Notes under the pieces: generated by a model
Database searches by the model: none
What the model was told of the DNA's origin: nothing
Seen by the model: only the letters and a program-made list of their open reading frames with translations
Program-made: the position numbers and the translations under genes
Origin: Terriglobia bacterium
Lineage (GTDB): Bacteria > Acidobacteriota > Terriglobia > JAJPHL01 > JAPKYU01
DNA length: 64,000 bases
Reading direction: 5' to 3'
Assembly: GCA_965223005.1 (NCBI GenBank)
Contig: CBDCVK010000002.1
Location: forward strand, 256,001-320,000
In this document: positions 9,665 through 19,179 of the stretch, piece by piece
Layout: the number at the start of each line of letters is the position of its first letter
How positions within the stretch are numbered: position 1 is the stretch's first letter

Positions 9665-10873
9665 CTACCGCCAACGGACGGGGTCGTAGCCGCCAAGGAA
9701 ACAGCGGCGGAAGGCTTGGCCGAGGATCTGCCGGCCCCAGTGGAAGCGGCCGTAGAGGCGGAGGAAATTGATGATCTCCAGAGTCATCTTCGCTTGGTCG
9801 CGGAACTTCAGCTCCTTGAGCGCCGCACGGAAGTCCGCCTCGTGCGGCCGGGCAAAAGCGATCTTCAACGGGTTCCACTGGTCGGAGCACCTCTGGACCT
9901 CGGAGACGATCATCTTGCGATACACCTGTTCGACGGGACGGTTCCGCAGCAACGACTCCACCGCCGCCTCGCCCGCAATCGCGCCTGAATGAAGCGAGCA
10001 GCTCATGCCCTCGGCCATCATGTTGAGGAACCCCGCGGCCTGGCCGGCGACGAGGACGTTGCCCTTCCCGAACACGTATCGGTTGATGAGCGACAGGCCG
10101 AAATTCTCGAGACATCCCTCGCGGTCTTCGGGGGGACCGAGCCGGACGCCGTATTTCTTCTCTAGGTAGCGCTGAAATCTGCCGTGGACGTCGTCGAAAT
10201 TCTGGCCCCGGAGCCATCCCACCCCGAGGATCTGGCGGTTGTCCCGCGCGTGGCTCCAGGTGTAATAGCCAAGCCGGGGATGGAACCAGAAATGGAAGTA
10301 GTCGTCGTCGAGCGGGCACTCGTAGATCTTGTGAAACTTCTGCCCGACCAGGAACCACGGGATCTCCTGGGGATAATCAGGATAGACTTCGCGGATCACC
10401 TTTGAGTTCGGCCCGTCGGTTCCGACGACGTAGCGGGCGCGGTACCCGATGGGCTTCCCGTGCCTGAGGGCCTCGACTTTGACGTGATCCCCCTCGTCCC
10501 GGAGCGAGATGAAACTCGTCTCATCATGCACTTCCACGCCGCTTCGCTCAATCGCCCAGTGGTCGGAGTGCTTGCGGTGAAGATGGGGCGTCGGCCCGCA
10601 GTCGAAGTCCATCGACATCGACAGCATGCTCGGGAAGTGGAAGGTCACTCCGCGGCAGGAAGTGGGCTCATGCAGGATCTTTCGGGGCAGGGGCCCGAAA
10701 TTCTCCAGAAGGAACCGGTGGCCGCGCGGCGACAGGATGCCGCTGCAGATCTTGTGGCGGGGGAGCTTCTTCTTTTCGAGGACGACGGTCTCGTATCCCG
10801 CGTCTACAAGCCGCTTGGCGCACGCCGCGCCGGAGAGACTGGCCCCGATCAGGAGAACGTCGACCTTCCTCAC
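9665..10873 (-). CDS. FAD-dependent reductase, geranylgeranyl reductase-like family
   Basis: GTG start overlapping the upstream TGA; DVLLIGASLSGAACA Rossmann motif, LEKKKLPRHKICSG, VVGTDGPNS, YYTWSH, LVAGQAAG. Confidence 0.8.
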   Translation of the reverse strand: MRKVDVLLIGASLSGAACAKRLVDAGYETVVLEKKKLPRHKICSGILSPRGHRFLLENFGPLPRKILHEPTSCRGVTFHFPSMLSMSMDFDCGPTPHLHRKHSDHWAIERSGVEVHDETSFISLRDEGDHVKVEALRHGKPIGYRARYVVGTDGPNSKVIREVYPDYPQEIPWFLVGQKFHKIYECPLDDDYFHFWFHPRLGYYTWSHARDNRQILGVGWLRGQNFDDVHGRFQRYLEKKYGVRLGPPEDREGCLENFGLSLINRYVFGKGNVLVAGQAAGFLNMMAEGMSCSLHSGAIAGEAAVESLLRNRPVEQVYRKMIVSEVQRCSDQWNPLKIAFARPHEADFRAALKELKFRDQAKMTLEIINFLRLYGRFHWGRQILGQAFRRCFLGGYDPVRWR

Positions 10874-11742
10874 GGCGCCACCTCCGCGAGGTGCACGATT
10901 GGGAGATCGGTGACCTCCTCGAACGGCTCGATGTCGTCCACGCATTCCACCACGATCCGTTCCACGGTGCGGCCTTCGAGGATCCATCGGGCCTGTTCGG
11001 CGGCATCGATGTAGTCCATGCCCGTGCGGCGCTGCAGGCTCGCCGCTCCGGTTGTGATCGCGGCGCGCTGCAGATCGAGATTCATCTCGCAGCCCACTCG
11101 ATTCCGGAGCTCGTCGTAAAACTGTACGAGTCGCAGGAAGTCGGCGTGGTAGCCGCGGGTTTCGATGACGTAGAGGTCGGTGGACCGCAGCGCGGGGCGC
11201 TTGCCGAGCAGTGCTTCTCCCAGCCCCACCACCTTGTATCCCCACGATCTCAGCGGGCGGTGCAGAATGCCCTCGGCCACGATCAGTTCCGGACCTGCCA
11301 GAGAATGAAGGAACTGCTTCCGACGATCCGGAGAAATCGGGCGCCCGGCCTCGATCGCCGCTGCGATATCCGAGCCATCGACGGGCGAACAGCCAAGTCG
11401 CTGCAGCACAACCTCGTAAAGCCTGTGTCGGCGAAGCGAGTCCCCGGGAAGGAAAGAGCCCCTTTGTCCGCGGACCTGATCCAGGTCCGGAAGATCCAGG
11501 GGATCCGACTTGCGAAGATCGAGCGTCATTCCGACCGTGTCGATCTCCTCCGGGCACACCGGTTCGCAGGCGCCGCAGGTCACGCAGGCATTCAGAGATT
11601 CCCGCAGATCCGCAGCGGAGGCGCCGCCTTGGAGGGCGAGCGCGCGGCCCGCGAGCGTGAGCGAAAGATCCCGCGTCTCCCGCCAGACGGGGCAGGGCAG
11701 GACGCACACGCCGCACCCGGTACATGCTCGGTAGTCGTTCAT
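10870..11742 (-). CDS. Fe-S protein with N-terminal 2x[4Fe-4S] dicluster, GlcF/HdrD-like
   Basis: CTGCGVCVLPCP and CVTCGACEPVCP motifs; ends IVVECVDD...PIVHLAEV like a degenerate CCG domain. Confidence 0.8.
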   Translation of the reverse strand: MNDYRACTGCGVCVLPCPVWRETRDLSLTLAGRALALQGGASAADLRESLNACVTCGACEPVCPEEIDTVGMTLDLRKSDPLDLPDLDQVRGQRGSFLPGDSLRRHRLYEVVLQRLGCSPVDGSDIAAAIEAGRPISPDRRKQFLHSLAGPELIVAEGILHRPLRSWGYKVVGLGEALLGKRPALRSTDLYVIETRGYHADFLRLVQFYDELRNRVGCEMNLDLQRAAITTGAASLQRRTGMDYIDAAEQARWILEGRTVERIVVECVDDIEPFEEVTDLPIVHLAEVAP

Positions 11743-13265
11743 CAGAAGATCACGTCCGCGTTCAGGATCATGGACGGATCGGCATTTTTCTTCATGGCGA
11801 GATGCTTGTCCACAATCTTGTCGCCGAACGCACGGCGGATATAGCCCTTCATCATCCCGCCGAAGCGGTAATAGGACGTCTTCAGGTCGAGGCCGATGTC
11901 GTAGATCGCATTTTTGAAGGACTGAAGATGGTCGCGGCTGTACGTGCCGCCCTTGATCATCGGCTCAAACTCGCATCCCCACGCAAATCCCTCGGTGTCG
12001 GGCGGGATGCAGGAAAGCTCGTACCGGGGGAGCCGGCCGCGCAGCCTGATTCCGACGCAATAGAGCGTGTAGTGGGAAAAATAATTCCGGCAGACCGCGT
12101 TGCCCCGCTCCACGGCTTCCACAAACTTTTCCTCGTTGGTGGAGAGATCGGGGATCACCATCTGCGGACCTTCCCAGAACTTCCACACCGCTCGGGAGAA
12201 AACTACCGTGCGGTCCACGATCTTCCCCCTGCGGATGTGGTGGGAGGGCTCGAACTCCGGCATCAGCGCCTTTTTGCGCCCCTGAAGGTACAGCGCTTCC
12301 TTCATCTTCCAGGGACGGAGGGCGTAGTGAACGGCCATCCTTGCCCCGAAACCGAACTCGCCGTAGCCCCGGAGGCGCCGGCGCCAGCGGGCGAAGAACT
12401 CCCGTTCCCGCGCCTCCGAATCAAACGCCACGAGTAGGTTCAGCGCGCGGTCGAGCATCGTCAGGATGGCGCAGTAGTCCGCGGCGTCTTCCTTCGAGAG
12501 CATCTGAAGGTCTTCGATCGCAGTGCGGATCGAGCTGTAATAGAAATAGTGCATCGAGCAGGGCGTATAGGGGCGGATCTTCATCGTCGCTTCCGTGATC
12601 ACGCCGAACTGGCCGTAGCCCAGCAGCACCTGCTCGAACAGCTGGGGATTCTTCGTTTCCGAACACTCCTTGATCTGTCCGGTCGGGGTCACCACCTGGA
12701 GCGCCACGGCCTGGTCGGCGCTGCATCCGTACTTGGGGGAATTCACATCGACGCCGCCGACTCCCAGCGTCCCGCCGATGGAGGAGGTAAGATTTAAGGG
12801 CGCCGAGAGGTAATCGAGTCCCTTCCGCCGGAGCGCTTCGGCCAGCGCGTGCCAGTAGATGCCGGCTTCGGCACGGACGGTCAAATTCTTCTCATCGATG
12901 GACAGAACCCGGCTCATCCCGTTCATCGCGACGAGCAGGCCGCCGAAGGCGACGGACTCGCCCTCGGTGGTGAGGCCGCCGCCGCGCGTCTTCACGGGGA
13001 CGCCGTGCTTCTGTGCGGCCCTGAGGATTGCGGCGATTTGCTTCGCAGAGCGCGCGATCACGATTCCGTGCGGCATGCCTTGCGCCACGCCACCGCCGTC
13101 GGTGCGGTAGAGCGACCGGTCGGCCCGGTTTTCCCGGACGTCGATCTCGCTTTTCTTCAGGTCGGCGAGGAAGGCTCCCCAGTTTTTGCCGTCCCAGAGG
13201 CCGGAGTTGGTCTGCTGGCGAGGGATTCCCTGGAGAGAGTCGGGGGCCACGACACAGGGTTTCAT
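11742..13265 (-). CDS. FAD-linked oxidoreductase (VAO/PCMH fold)
   Basis: TRGGGLT, VRAEAGIYW, SIGGTLGVGG, LQVVTPTG, LLGYGQFGVITEAT, KKNADPSMILN. Confidence 0.88.
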   Translation of the reverse strand: MKPCVVAPDSLQGIPRQQTNSGLWDGKNWGAFLADLKKSEIDVRENRADRSLYRTDGGGVAQGMPHGIVIARSAKQIAAILRAAQKHGVPVKTRGGGLTTEGESVAFGGLLVAMNGMSRVLSIDEKNLTVRAEAGIYWHALAEALRRKGLDYLSAPLNLTSSIGGTLGVGGVDVNSPKYGCSADQAVALQVVTPTGQIKECSETKNPQLFEQVLLGYGQFGVITEATMKIRPYTPCSMHYFYYSSIRTAIEDLQMLSKEDAADYCAILTMLDRALNLLVAFDSEAREREFFARWRRRLRGYGEFGFGARMAVHYALRPWKMKEALYLQGRKKALMPEFEPSHHIRRGKIVDRTVVFSRAVWKFWEGPQMVIPDLSTNEEKFVEAVERGNAVCRNYFSHYTLYCVGIRLRGRLPRYELSCIPPDTEGFAWGCEFEPMIKGGTYSRDHLQSFKNAIYDIGLDLKTSYYRFGGMMKGYIRRAFGDKIVDKHLAMKKNADPSMILNADVIF

Positions 13266-13460
13266 CGGATCGCCCCTGATTGTACCTGATTATTCGGGTG
13301 ATGCGTTTCCGGAAGTGGCGTGCCCTGATGAACCTGTGCCACGAGGAGTGATAATTTAGAGCGGTTTAGATTCACCTTATCGAAAGTCCGCCGTCGCCTG
13401 CCATATCCACAAGTTCCAAGGAGCCCAATCAGTCAAGGGTGGCCCCGTGTCAAGCCCCCG

Positions 13461-13830
13461 CATGCCGGATCACCAGCAGAAGTGGGAGACTATTGGGCCC
13501 AGCAAGAAAGAAGCCGCAGCCGCCCTTTCGAAGCACCTGGCATCCATCAACACAGGCAAGTTTGTAGAATTCAAGCCCAGCTCATTTTCCGCCTTTGCCG
13601 AGCACTGGCTGGCGGGGATGCGGCAGCAGCTCAGGCCTCGCACCTGGGCAAGCTACAAATCCCTGTTGGACGTTCACATCCAACCCAGCTTTGGAACCTT
13701 CCCGCTCCACACCATCACTCGGCCCATGCTGAAAGAATTTGTCAGCGGGAAAACGCAGACCGAAAAGTTGGCACCGAACACCGTGCGCAACATCCTCCGG
13801 CTGCTGCATAAGCTGTTTGAGGACATCGCG
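13461..13830 (+). pseudogene. Tyrosine integrase N-terminal (arm/SAM-like) fragment
   Basis: QKWETIGPSKKEAAAAL...FSAFAEHWL...LRPRTWASYKSLLDVHIQPSFG...LAPNTVRNILRLLHKLFED; catalytic domain absent. Confidence 0.75.
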
Positions 13831-13909
13831 CTCAACAGTCCTGCGACCGCTTGGGTGGCCTATCGTGATTTGCGTGGGTGCCTTCCTCGGAACGGTGCAA
13901 GCCAAGGGT

Positions 13910-14100
13910 CCCCTCTTGGGTAAGGCAGTCGGTATCGGATTGGCTGGTTTCTGCTGGGCGCGCGGCTCGGGGGGTGCGGGCCCGTTGGCGCCACGCAGAA
14001 ACCGAGGGACTGGCGAAGCACCTGTAGCTCCTGGGCGCTTGTGGTGCGGGCCAGCTTCCGGCTGTTGCGGAAGCCGTCCAGCTGCTCCACCGAGGAGAGG
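13910..14100 (-). pseudogene. Second integrase core-binding-domain remnant, convergent with the first
   Basis: VEQLDGFRNSRKLARTTSAQELQVLRQSLGFCVA resembles the SAM-like helix pair of tyrosine recombinases; frameshifted downstream. Confidence 0.5.
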
Positions 14101-14253
14101 GCATGGTGTCTGAGCTTGCAACGAGAGGGGGAACTGCGTATGCTTCTAGCCTGAAATCGGAAATTTCGGTTGACACGTTACAAGTCCCCAGGCGGCAGGC
14201 CCGTATGACCTGCCCCCCGATACAGCCAAAGCGAAAAGGAGGTCACACCCAAT

Positions 14254-14499
14254 ATGCGTACTTCAGAGCGAGTCATCTTTGCGCTAGCCATCCTGATCCT
14301 GACGTTCTTCACAATTGCCACTTACGAAAGCAATCGCGAGCTTCGAGTCGAGTTCAACCACATGGAGGAACGACTACAGGAAGCTGAAACAGTCAACAAA
14401 GCCACTCTGGAGCTAATCGCAGATTTGCAAGGTAAGGCGCAGTCTGCGTCAGAGACGATGCAACTGGTCAAGGGAGCCGGTTCTCAAAGCCCACGATAG
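14254..14499 (+). CDS. Small protein with one N-terminal membrane anchor and a coiled coil
   Basis: AGGAGG RBS upstream; VIFALAILILTFFTIA then heptad-like ELRVEFNHMEERLQEAETVNKATLELIADLQ. Confidence 0.6.
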   Translation: MRTSERVIFALAILILTFFTIATYESNRELRVEFNHMEERLQEAETVNKATLELIADLQGKAQSASETMQLVKGAGSQSPR

Positions 14500-14891
14500 G
14501 CCAATCGAGCTTAGGACTCCCCTGCAGCACCTCTTCGGTCTGGGCAAAGGAATGTAGCTCCTCCACGAACCAACCCCAAACGAATGCCCCACGCACAAGT
14601 GAACAGTGGACCGGGGGGTGATCCCAGGGGGACCTGCTCAGCGACTCCCGCTTTCTCTCCACGCTTCCCTACAATGCCGATTGTCAGTCCAGGAAGGCCA
14701 CCACTTGCATCCCGTCCGCATTTGAGGGATCTCGTCCCTCGTTGAGGACACGTGGGCAAGACCTAAGTAGAAAGCGAGAAGATCAAATTGGACGCACGCA
14801 CCTTCTGGATGGGTGTAGCTTATTGGTATGTGTTCAGGACTTCCGGCCAGAGGGCTTACATCTGGTATTGCTCGAAGGGAGGAAGCAAAGC

Positions 14892-15455
14892 ATGAAAAAG
14901 ATGATAATCATCAGTGTTCTCCTCTTGGTACTGGTTCCTTCCGCCTGGACCCAGAAGCTCAAGATTGATCCCGAGCAGCGCTACCTGTTGTTGGCCACTA
15001 AGAAGACCTCCACGATGCAGAAAGAGCTCGACGAAGCGGCCGCGCAGGGCTTCAGGATCCTGGTGGGTTCGCCGACCAGTGGTACAGAGATAGCATTATT
15101 TCTCGAACGCGTTGCGAATCCGACGAATGCTTATACATATCGACTCCTGGCGACAAGCCGGACCGGCACAATGCAGAAGGAGCTGAGTGAAGCTGCAGTA
15201 GATGGGTTTCGCCTGCTGCCACGGACAATGATCGCAAAAAAACCGGTTTTTGGGGAAACGGAAATCGTGGTCATCCTCGAACGCCCAGCGAAGGTTGACA
15301 AGCTGTACAGGTACAAGCTCCTTGCCACAAATCTGACCTCGACGTTGCAACGGGAAGTTGCCCAAGCCGAGGCCGACGGCTTTGTTCTGGTTGGGATGGT
15401 CAGTCGCGATGAGCACATGGTGATTATGGAAAAGGAAACACAAATAAAGGAGTGA
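14892..15455 (+). CDS. Secreted hypothetical protein built of three internal repeats
   Basis: GGAGG RBS, signal peptide MKKMIIISVLLLVLVPSAWT, three YxLLATxxTxT(M/L)QxE...GF repeats. Confidence 0.8.
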   Translation: MKKMIIISVLLLVLVPSAWTQKLKIDPEQRYLLLATKKTSTMQKELDEAAAQGFRILVGSPTSGTEIALFLERVANPTNAYTYRLLATSRTGTMQKELSEAAVDGFRLLPRTMIAKKPVFGETEIVVILERPAKVDKLYRYKLLATNLTSTLQREVAQAEADGFVLVGMVSRDEHMVIMEKETQIKE

Positions 15456-15509
15456 AGTACGGAGGCCCACGGAATGCTACCCAGGAGAGGCCATGGTGAT
15501 CTGAGCTTG

Positions 15510-15600
15510 TGCTGAACTCAGGGACCGGGCGATCGCCAACTTGGCAGTTGCCACTATAGGGAGCGTGTTCTCGGTCACCAACAACCTGCGCGTGGAGCGC
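15510..15600 (+). pseudogene. BON-domain C-terminal remnant
   Basis: ELRDRAIANLAVATIGSVFSVTNNLRVE matches the end of a BON domain; upstream in-frame stop. Confidence 0.55.
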
Positions 15601-16124
15601 CGCAACGCAGGACCATGCTTAGCCTCCCGGCCTGAAAAGAGATGGCTGCCTAAAGGCACTGCTCGATGGTGACCCATCTCCGTCCTGGCGCCGCAGAAAC
15701 TGGGCTGCGCGCGCCAGGACTTTTTCTCTTGGCCCCCGCACGATCTCGCACCTCGGCAAGGCTTGCAAGGAACTGCCCGCCGTAACGGCGTGTGAGGGGA
15801 CGCTTATCCAGACACAGGAAAATCCCGTAGTCGGTGCGGAAATGATCATACCCCCGCTCGCTCACCGGTGCGCCACTTGGATGCATAACGCCCTTATCGG
15901 AAACTGACCCACTACCCTGGCGGGCGTAGAGGGTCACTTGTCCGGATAGCCGACTATACATCCAAGTGAAACCGGGATTGGTAAACACTAACCCGTTAGT
16001 GGGGATCTATCCAGCACTGGTGGTTACAAGGCGCGTTCTTGCCAGTCATACGCTCGCTGCCCTGTTGTGTTCATCTCTGATCACGATGGCCGCGGCCGCA
16101 CGCCATCGCTCGTTCGGGCAGTCG

Positions 16125-16942
16125 GCATCCATGGAGAGCTGGACCTTTACCGAAACACGGAGCGCGTGGAAGTGACCGGCTACTTGACGGATCTAATTAC
16201 GGAAAAGAGCCTGTCGTTTGTGCGAAAGAACGCCCATCGACCCTTCTTCCTCTACGTGGCCTACAACGCCCCCCCACTGGCCCTTCCAGCCACCGGGCAA
16301 GCCCTCAGATGTGCGCACTCCCGCTACCTGGCGTGATGGAACGCGACGCGACTATGCGCTTCATGGTCGAGAGGATTGATGATGGTATCTGCCAGATCTT
16401 AAGGGAACTCGACCGGCGCGGTTTAACCCGCAACACGCTGGTCATTTTCACCAAATGACAACGGTGGGGAACGCTTTTCTGGGAATACCCCGTTCTTCAA
16501 CCACAAAGCAACGCTGTGGAAAGGCGGCATCAGGGTTCCTTGCCTGATGCGCTGGCCCGGCACGCTCCCGTCCAACCGAGTCTCCCGCCAGGCGCTCATA
16601 ACGATGGACCTGACCGCCACGATCTTGGGGGCCACCGGGACCGACCCGCCGCCCGGCCGGTACCTAGACGGCGTCGACCTGCTGCCGATCCTCAAGGGAG
16701 AACAACCCCAGAGAGAGCGTACTTTTTTCTGGCGCATCAACTATCAGGGTTTCGCGCAAAAGGCGGCCCGGCAGGAATCGTGGAAATACATCGTGGATGG
16801 ACCGGAACGTTTGGAATTGCTCTTCGACCTGGGGAAAGACCCATCTGAGCGACATACGCTCGCGTACCAATACCCGGAGATCGTCGCGCGCCTGCGCCAT
16901 CTCCTGTAACAGTGGGAAGCTGAGATGGATAGCAAGCATTAG
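16125..16942 (+). pseudogene. Arylsulfatase C-terminal half, 5'-truncated, three frameshifts and one nonsense codon
   Basis: GYLTDLITEKS, PFFLYVAYNAP/HWP, MVERIDDGI, NTLVIFT/NDNGG, KATLWKGGIRVP, MDLTATIL, LELLFDL..DPSE; +1 bases near 16270, 16352 and 16453; TAA at 16907. Confidence 0.85.
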
Positions 16943-17122
16943 GAGCTTCGGTACTGTTGAAGCGATCCCTGTTGCAGCTTCGGTCGATCACCAAGAGTCG
17001 AATTTGCGTCAAGATCCTTGACTAGTGGCGACGACGGGATTCAAGTCGGGGCCTGGGTCACTCGTAAGCCGCTCGGGATCCGGCCATCGGTTCTCGCGCA
17101 TCTTCATCGCGTAGATATCCCT

Positions 17123-17290
17123 GTATATGAACATTCGCCGGCCGAGCAGGAAGATCTTTATCCCCATGATATCCACCCGGCGGTTGCTCCGCTCTACCTC
17201 CGGCCATACCTGCCGGTGGTGCTCCTTGTAAGCGGCGATGGCTTTGGGATCATCTTTGAGGTTCAGGGTCAGGCCAGAATATTTCACCAT
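17123..17290 (-). pseudogene. L-rhamnose/L-fucose mutarotase family, 3'-truncated
   Basis: LNLKDDPKAIAAYKEHHRQVWPEV...IKIFLLGRRMFIY, then an abrupt switch to unrelated sequence. Confidence 0.75.
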
Positions 17291-17317
17291 TGTCCTCTTC
17301 GAGGAGCTTCGCTTCCT

Positions 17318-18157
17318 CTATGCAAGCTGGTAGAAGCGGCGAGCATTGCCACCCCAAATCTTGGCCGCCTCCGCCTCACCCAGCGGCCCCAGGGCGTGCC
17401 GCAGCGCGTCCACAACCTGCTGATAAGATCCGGCCAGCGTGCACACCGGCCAATCGCTCCCGAAAAGCAGGCGATCAGTGCCGAACTGCTTGACCACATG
17501 CTCCACGTAAGGCTTAAGGTCGTCGGGAGTCCAGGCTTGCCAGTTGGCTTTCGTAATCATGCCTGAAAGTTTGCACCACAGCTGGGGCAGGCGCGCCACA
17601 GTTTCCATGTCGCGGTGCCACCCGTCCATCTTCGCTTGCGCAATAGGCGGCTTGGCAATGTGGTCCACGACCAACTTCAAACCCGGGCAGCGGTCTCGGA
17701 GCCTGGGAATATAGTTCAGGTGCCTGGGCTGCACCAGAAGATCATAGGGGATGCCGCGGCGTTCGAGCTCCCCCAGTCCCGCGAGTACAACTTCGCGGAC
17801 CACCCAGGCGTCGTCGGGTTCGTCCTCAATGATGTGCCGCACGCCTTTGAACTTGGGGTGGCGCTGGAACTCATCCAGATCTCTTCCCAGGTTGGGGCTG
17901 GTCAGGTCCACCCATACCACCGCTCCGGCGATGAAATCGTTAGCCTCCGCCATCTCCAGAAACCAGCGCGACTCCTCCAGCGAGTGCTGCGCCTGCACCA
18001 GGATGGTGCGGTCCACTCCCGCCTGAGCCAGGAGCGGCTTCAGGTCCCGAGGAAGAAAATTGCGGCGCAGGGGATCGACCTGAGGCGTCATCCAGGGATA
18101 CTGGAAGCGACCGACATCCCAGAAGTGTTGATGGGCATCTACGATCAGCTCGCTCAC
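17318..18157 (-). CDS. Amidohydrolase_2 family sugar lactonase (L-fuconolactonase-like)
   Basis: IVDAHQHFW, KGVRH, VVDHIAKP, CKLSG, LFGSDWPV. Confidence 0.88.
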   Translation of the reverse strand: MSELIVDAHQHFWDVGRFQYPWMTPQVDPLRRNFLPRDLKPLLAQAGVDRTILVQAQHSLEESRWFLEMAEANDFIAGAVVWVDLTSPNLGRDLDEFQRHPKFKGVRHIIEDEPDDAWVVREVVLAGLGELERRGIPYDLLVQPRHLNYIPRLRDRCPGLKLVVDHIAKPPIAQAKMDGWHRDMETVARLPQLWCKLSGMITKANWQAWTPDDLKPYVEHVVKQFGTDRLLFGSDWPVCTLAGSYQQVVDALRHALGPLGEAEAAKIWGGNARRFYQLA

Positions 18158-18177
18158 GCTGCCACCTCTTCAGCTTC

Positions 18178-19179
18178 TCAGTGGGATTTCTCCCCCGGGA
18201 GCGGCGCTTCGGGAGGAAGGTGCTTCTTCGAGCGCAGTTCGGCCCAGAACTCGGGCGGGATGGGATGACTCATCAAACGGAAGTTTTCTTCCACTTCCGC
18301 CACCGCCCGGGCTCCGGGGATGACCGTGGCCACGGCGGGATGCGCCAAGGGGAACTGCAAGGCCGCCGCCCGCAACGGCACCGCATAGCGGGCGCAGATG
18401 CCCTCGATCTGCCGCACTTTCTCAAGCAGCTCAGGCGGCGCCTCCGCGTAGTTGAACTTGGCCCCGGGCTGAGCTCCGGTGGCCAGAATGCCGCTGTTGT
18501 ACGGCCCGCCGATGATGATGCTGATGCCCTTCTTCAGGCAGAGCGGCAGCAGCTCCTTGAGGCTCGTGTGGTCAATCAGGGTGTAACGGCCAGCCAGCAG
18601 AAAACAGTCAAAGTTGGCTTCGCGGGCAAAACGCGCTGGCATCTCCCATTGGTTCATGCCCGCTCCTACGGCGCCAATCACACCCTGGCTGCGCAGCCTA
18701 TCGAGGGCACGGTAGGCGCCTTGGAGAGACTCGTCGTAAGCATCATCAGGGTCATGGATGTGCAGCACGTCAACGCGGTCCAGATTCAACCGCTTCAAAC
18801 TCTCTTCGAACGACCGCATCACGCCGTCATAGCTGAAATCAAAGACAGGTATGAAGGGAGGAAGGTTTTCAAACCAGATGCTTTCCACCTTGCTGGGATC
18901 TTCCGGCTCCAGCACCCGTCCCACCTTGGTGGCTAGCACGTAGGAGTGGCGCGGGCAGCCAGCCAGCGCTCGGCCCAGGCGCAACTCGCTCTTTCCATGA
19001 CCATAGAGCGGCGCCGTGTCGATGAAGTTGATGCCCAGCTCAAGAGCGCGCCGTACCGTGGTCGTGGCCGTCTCTTCCGCAATGTCCTTGTAAAGCCCGC
19101 CCAGCGGGGCTCCTCCCAGGCCCAGACGTGTCACCTGCACTTTGGTCTTTCCGAGTTTAACTTTTTCCAGTGGGTTCAT
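18178..19179 (-). CDS. Aldo/keto reductase, D-threo-aldose 1-dehydrogenase (L-fucose/L-galactose dehydrogenase)-like
   Basis: IDTAPLYGHGKSE, LATKVGR, FDFSYDG, LHIHDPD, LLAGRYTL, GGPYNSGIL. Confidence 0.88.
   Translation of the reverse strand: MNPLEKVKLGKTKVQVTRLGLGGAPLGGLYKDIAEETATTTVRRALELGINFIDTAPLYGHGKSELRLGRALAGCPRHSYVLATKVGRVLEPEDPSKVESIWFENLPPFIPVFDFSYDGVMRSFEESLKRLNLDRVDVLHIHDPDDAYDESLQGAYRALDRLRSQGVIGAVGAGMNQWEMPARFAREANFDCFLLAGRYTLIDHTSLKELLPLCLKKGISIIIGGPYNSGILATGAQPGAKFNYAEAPPELLEKVRQIEGICARYAVPLRAAALQFPLAHPAVATVIPGARAVAEVEENFRLMSHPIPPEFWAELRSKKHLPPEAPLPGEKSH

Noticed and set aside
10874-11725. 284-aa N-terminal extension of the 686-aa ORF (overlapping gene or fusion)
   Set aside because: Arg/Gly/Pro-rich alternative frame of the Fe-S gene; the real start is the GTG at 10873.
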